Of a DNA stretch of 9,030 nt, positions 7,794-9,030 are shown one piece after another. The translations under genes and the position numbers were made by a program. Numbering within the stretch: position 1 is the stretch's first letter; each line of letters opens with the position of its first letter. The stretch lies in IMG/VR virus record IMGVR_UViG_2706794687_000015. One strand, 5' to 3'. Below the pieces are notes generated by a model. It was given only the letters and a program-made list of their open reading frames with translations. It did not search any database and had not been told where the DNA came from. The stretch comes from a virus. Lineage: Duplodnaviria; Heunggongvirae; Uroviricota; Caudoviricetes.

Positions 7794-7811
7794 GGGCGTT
7801 GCAACGCCCCC
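7794..7811 (-). terminator. Perfect 18-bp palindrome GGGGCGTTGCAACGCCCC flanked by A5/T5 runs; likely intrinsic terminator for minus-strand (nmpC) transcripts, possibly bidirectional
   Basis: GC-rich hairpin. On the minus strand it is followed immediately by ATTTTTAATAATTTTT. On the plus strand it is followed by CAAAAATAAA, a poor U-tract. Confidence 0.4.
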
Positions 7812-7899
7812 AAAAATAAAGGGTAATATATAACAGAAGGTTTATATAGTTAGAAGCAAGGTTGTGCTCCTAAAGGAAGTGGCTTGAGGGAGCCACTTA

Positions 7900-7933
7900 T
7901 ATGTTGGGGAGGCAAAGCCTCCCGCAACATATC
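7900..7933 (+). terminator. Strong hairpin followed by CTTTT on the plus strand; candidate tR'-like terminator of the Q-controlled late leader, or nmpC 3' stem-loop
   Basis: Core stem GGGAGGC (7908-7914), loop AAA, GCCTCCC (7918-7924), extended by ATATGTTG / CAACATAT with a 1-nt bulge. Followed by CTTTTAG. A second hairpin AAGTGGCT-TGAGGG-AGCCACTT sits immediately upstream at 7878-7899. Confidence 0.4.
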
Positions 7934-7947
7934 TTTTAGTAATCAAA

Positions 7948-9030
7948 TTAGAACTGGTAAACCATACCTACAGCAACGATATCATCGGTAGCAACGCCAG
8001 ATGCTTTCGTGAAATCGCTCTTATCAATCAGGTTGATTTTGTAATCAACAAAAGTGGACATATTTTTGTTGAAGTAATAGGTTGCACCTACATCAATATA
8101 TTCAACCAGGTCCTGATCACCCCACGCACCCAAGTCTTTTCCTTTAGATTGCAGGTAAGCAACGGACGGACGCAGACCGAAGTCGAACTGATATTGTGCA
8201 ACTACTTCGAAGTTTTGTGCTTTGTTGGCAATATGGTTATTACCAAAAACAGTCATGTTCTGGGTTTCAGAATAGGTGGTAGCCAGATAGATGTTGTTCG
8301 CATCATATTTCAGACCAGCTGCCCATACTTCAGCATTTTGACCAGATGCATTCAGGCTGTTGTTACCGTAGATAACCTGATTATTAGTGCGGTCAGATTT
8401 AGCATAGGTTGCACCTACACCGAATCCTTCATACTCATAAGTAGTGGAGAAACCGAAACCATCACCATTAGCTTCAGTTACGTCAGTGCGGTCATTTTTA
8501 CCCTGATACTGAGCAGCAAAGTTCAGACCATCAACCAGACCAAAGAAGTCGTTGTTACGATAAGTTGCAACACCAGTGGTGCGACCAGTCATGAACACAT
8601 CTGTTTGAGTCCAAGTGTCACCACCGAATTCTGGCAGGACGTCAGTCCACGCACCGATGTCGTATGCTACACCGTAGTTACGGCCGTAATCGATGGAGCC
8701 GTAGTCACCGAATTTCAGGCCAGCGAAGGCAAGACGGGTTTTATCTTTGGAGGAACCTTGAGATTCAGCGCGGTTGCCTTTGAATTCATATTCCCACTGA
8801 CCGAAACCAGTCAGTTGATCGTTGATTTGGGTTTCACCTTTGAAGCCAAGACGGGCATAAGTAGTATCACCATCATCTGCATCATTAGAGGAGAAGTAGT
8901 GCTTAGCATTAACTTTCCCGTACAGATCCAGCTTGTTACTGTCTTTATTATAAATTTCAGCTGCCTGAGCAGACATCGCCATCAGTACTGATGCAGCTAC
9001 AGCAGAAATTGCCACTGTTAATTTTTTCAT
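7948..9030 (-). CDS. nmpC: Outer-membrane general porin of the OmpC/OmpF/NmpC family (360 aa), prophage-encoded, apparently intact
   Basis: Minus-strand ORF from ATG at 9030 (window edge) to TAA at 7948-7950. Signal peptide [23 protein letters not shown], mature N-terminus AEIYNKD, C-terminal ...VGMVYQF with terminal Phe typical of beta-barrel OMPs. Closely resembles NmpC/OmpD as recalled. No IS interruption inside the ORF. Confidence 0.9.
   Translation of the reverse strand: MKKLTVAISAVAASVLMAMSAQAAEIYNKDSNKLDLYGKVNAKHYFSSNDADDGDTTYARLGFKGETQINDQLTGFGQWEYEFKGNRAESQGSSKDKTRLAFAGLKFGDYGSIDYGRNYGVAYDIGAWTDVLPEFGGDTWTQTDVFMTGRTTGVATYRNNDFFGLVDGLNFAAQYQGKNDRTDVTEANGDGFGFSTTYEYEGFGVGATYAKSDRTNNQVIYGNNSLNASGQNAEVWAAGLKYDANNIYLATTYSETQNMTVFGNNHIANKAQNFEVVAQYQFDFGLRPSVAYLQSKGKDLGAWGDQDLVEYIDVGATYYFNKNMSTFVDYKINLIDKSDFTKASGVATDDIVAVGMVYQF

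Noticed and set aside
8149-8991. 280-aa plus-strand ORF antisense to the porin gene
   Set aside because: Fully embedded antisense to a confidently identified porin CDS. The translation is a low-complexity Ile/Val/Thr/Ser-rich mirror of the porin's Tyr/Asn/Gly/Asp codons, so it is a spurious shadow ORF.
1-9030. CRISPR arrays, tRNA or rRNA genes
   Set aside because: No short regularly spaced direct repeats and no tRNA-like or rRNA-like sequence seen. The only long repeat is the IS1 pair.

Overview
Mosaic window with four parts. (1) 1-3085: a complete mutS (853 aa) followed by a degraded pphB-type PPP phosphatase gene, with an in-frame TAA at codon 34 and its 3' end cut by an IS1 end. (2) 3086-4712: two identical 768-bp IS1 copies in the same orientation (insA/insB on the minus strand), separated by 91 N, which reads as a scaffold gap inside a repeat, so the link between the left and right halves of the window is unproven. 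(3) 4713-5793: an AT-rich islet carrying two minus-strand genes I do not recognise, a 125-aa lysine/glycine-rich soluble protein followed by a ~96-113-aa protein with three predicted transmembrane helices. This is the best candidate for an undescribed system (prophage moron, possibly exclusion/abortive-infection or toxin-antitoxin), and it may be truncated by IS1. (4) 5794-9030: a DLP12-like lambdoid prophage nin/Q module on the plus strand (ylcH-like small ORF, ybcN, ninE, ybcO, rusA, ylcG, quuD, all tightly packed with overlapping stop/start codons), then a hairpin-rich intergenic region and a convergent, uninterrupted nmpC-family porin gene on the minus strand. No CRISPR array, tRNA or rRNA was seen. 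Gene names come from recalled similarity to E. coli K-12 proteins, not from a database search.
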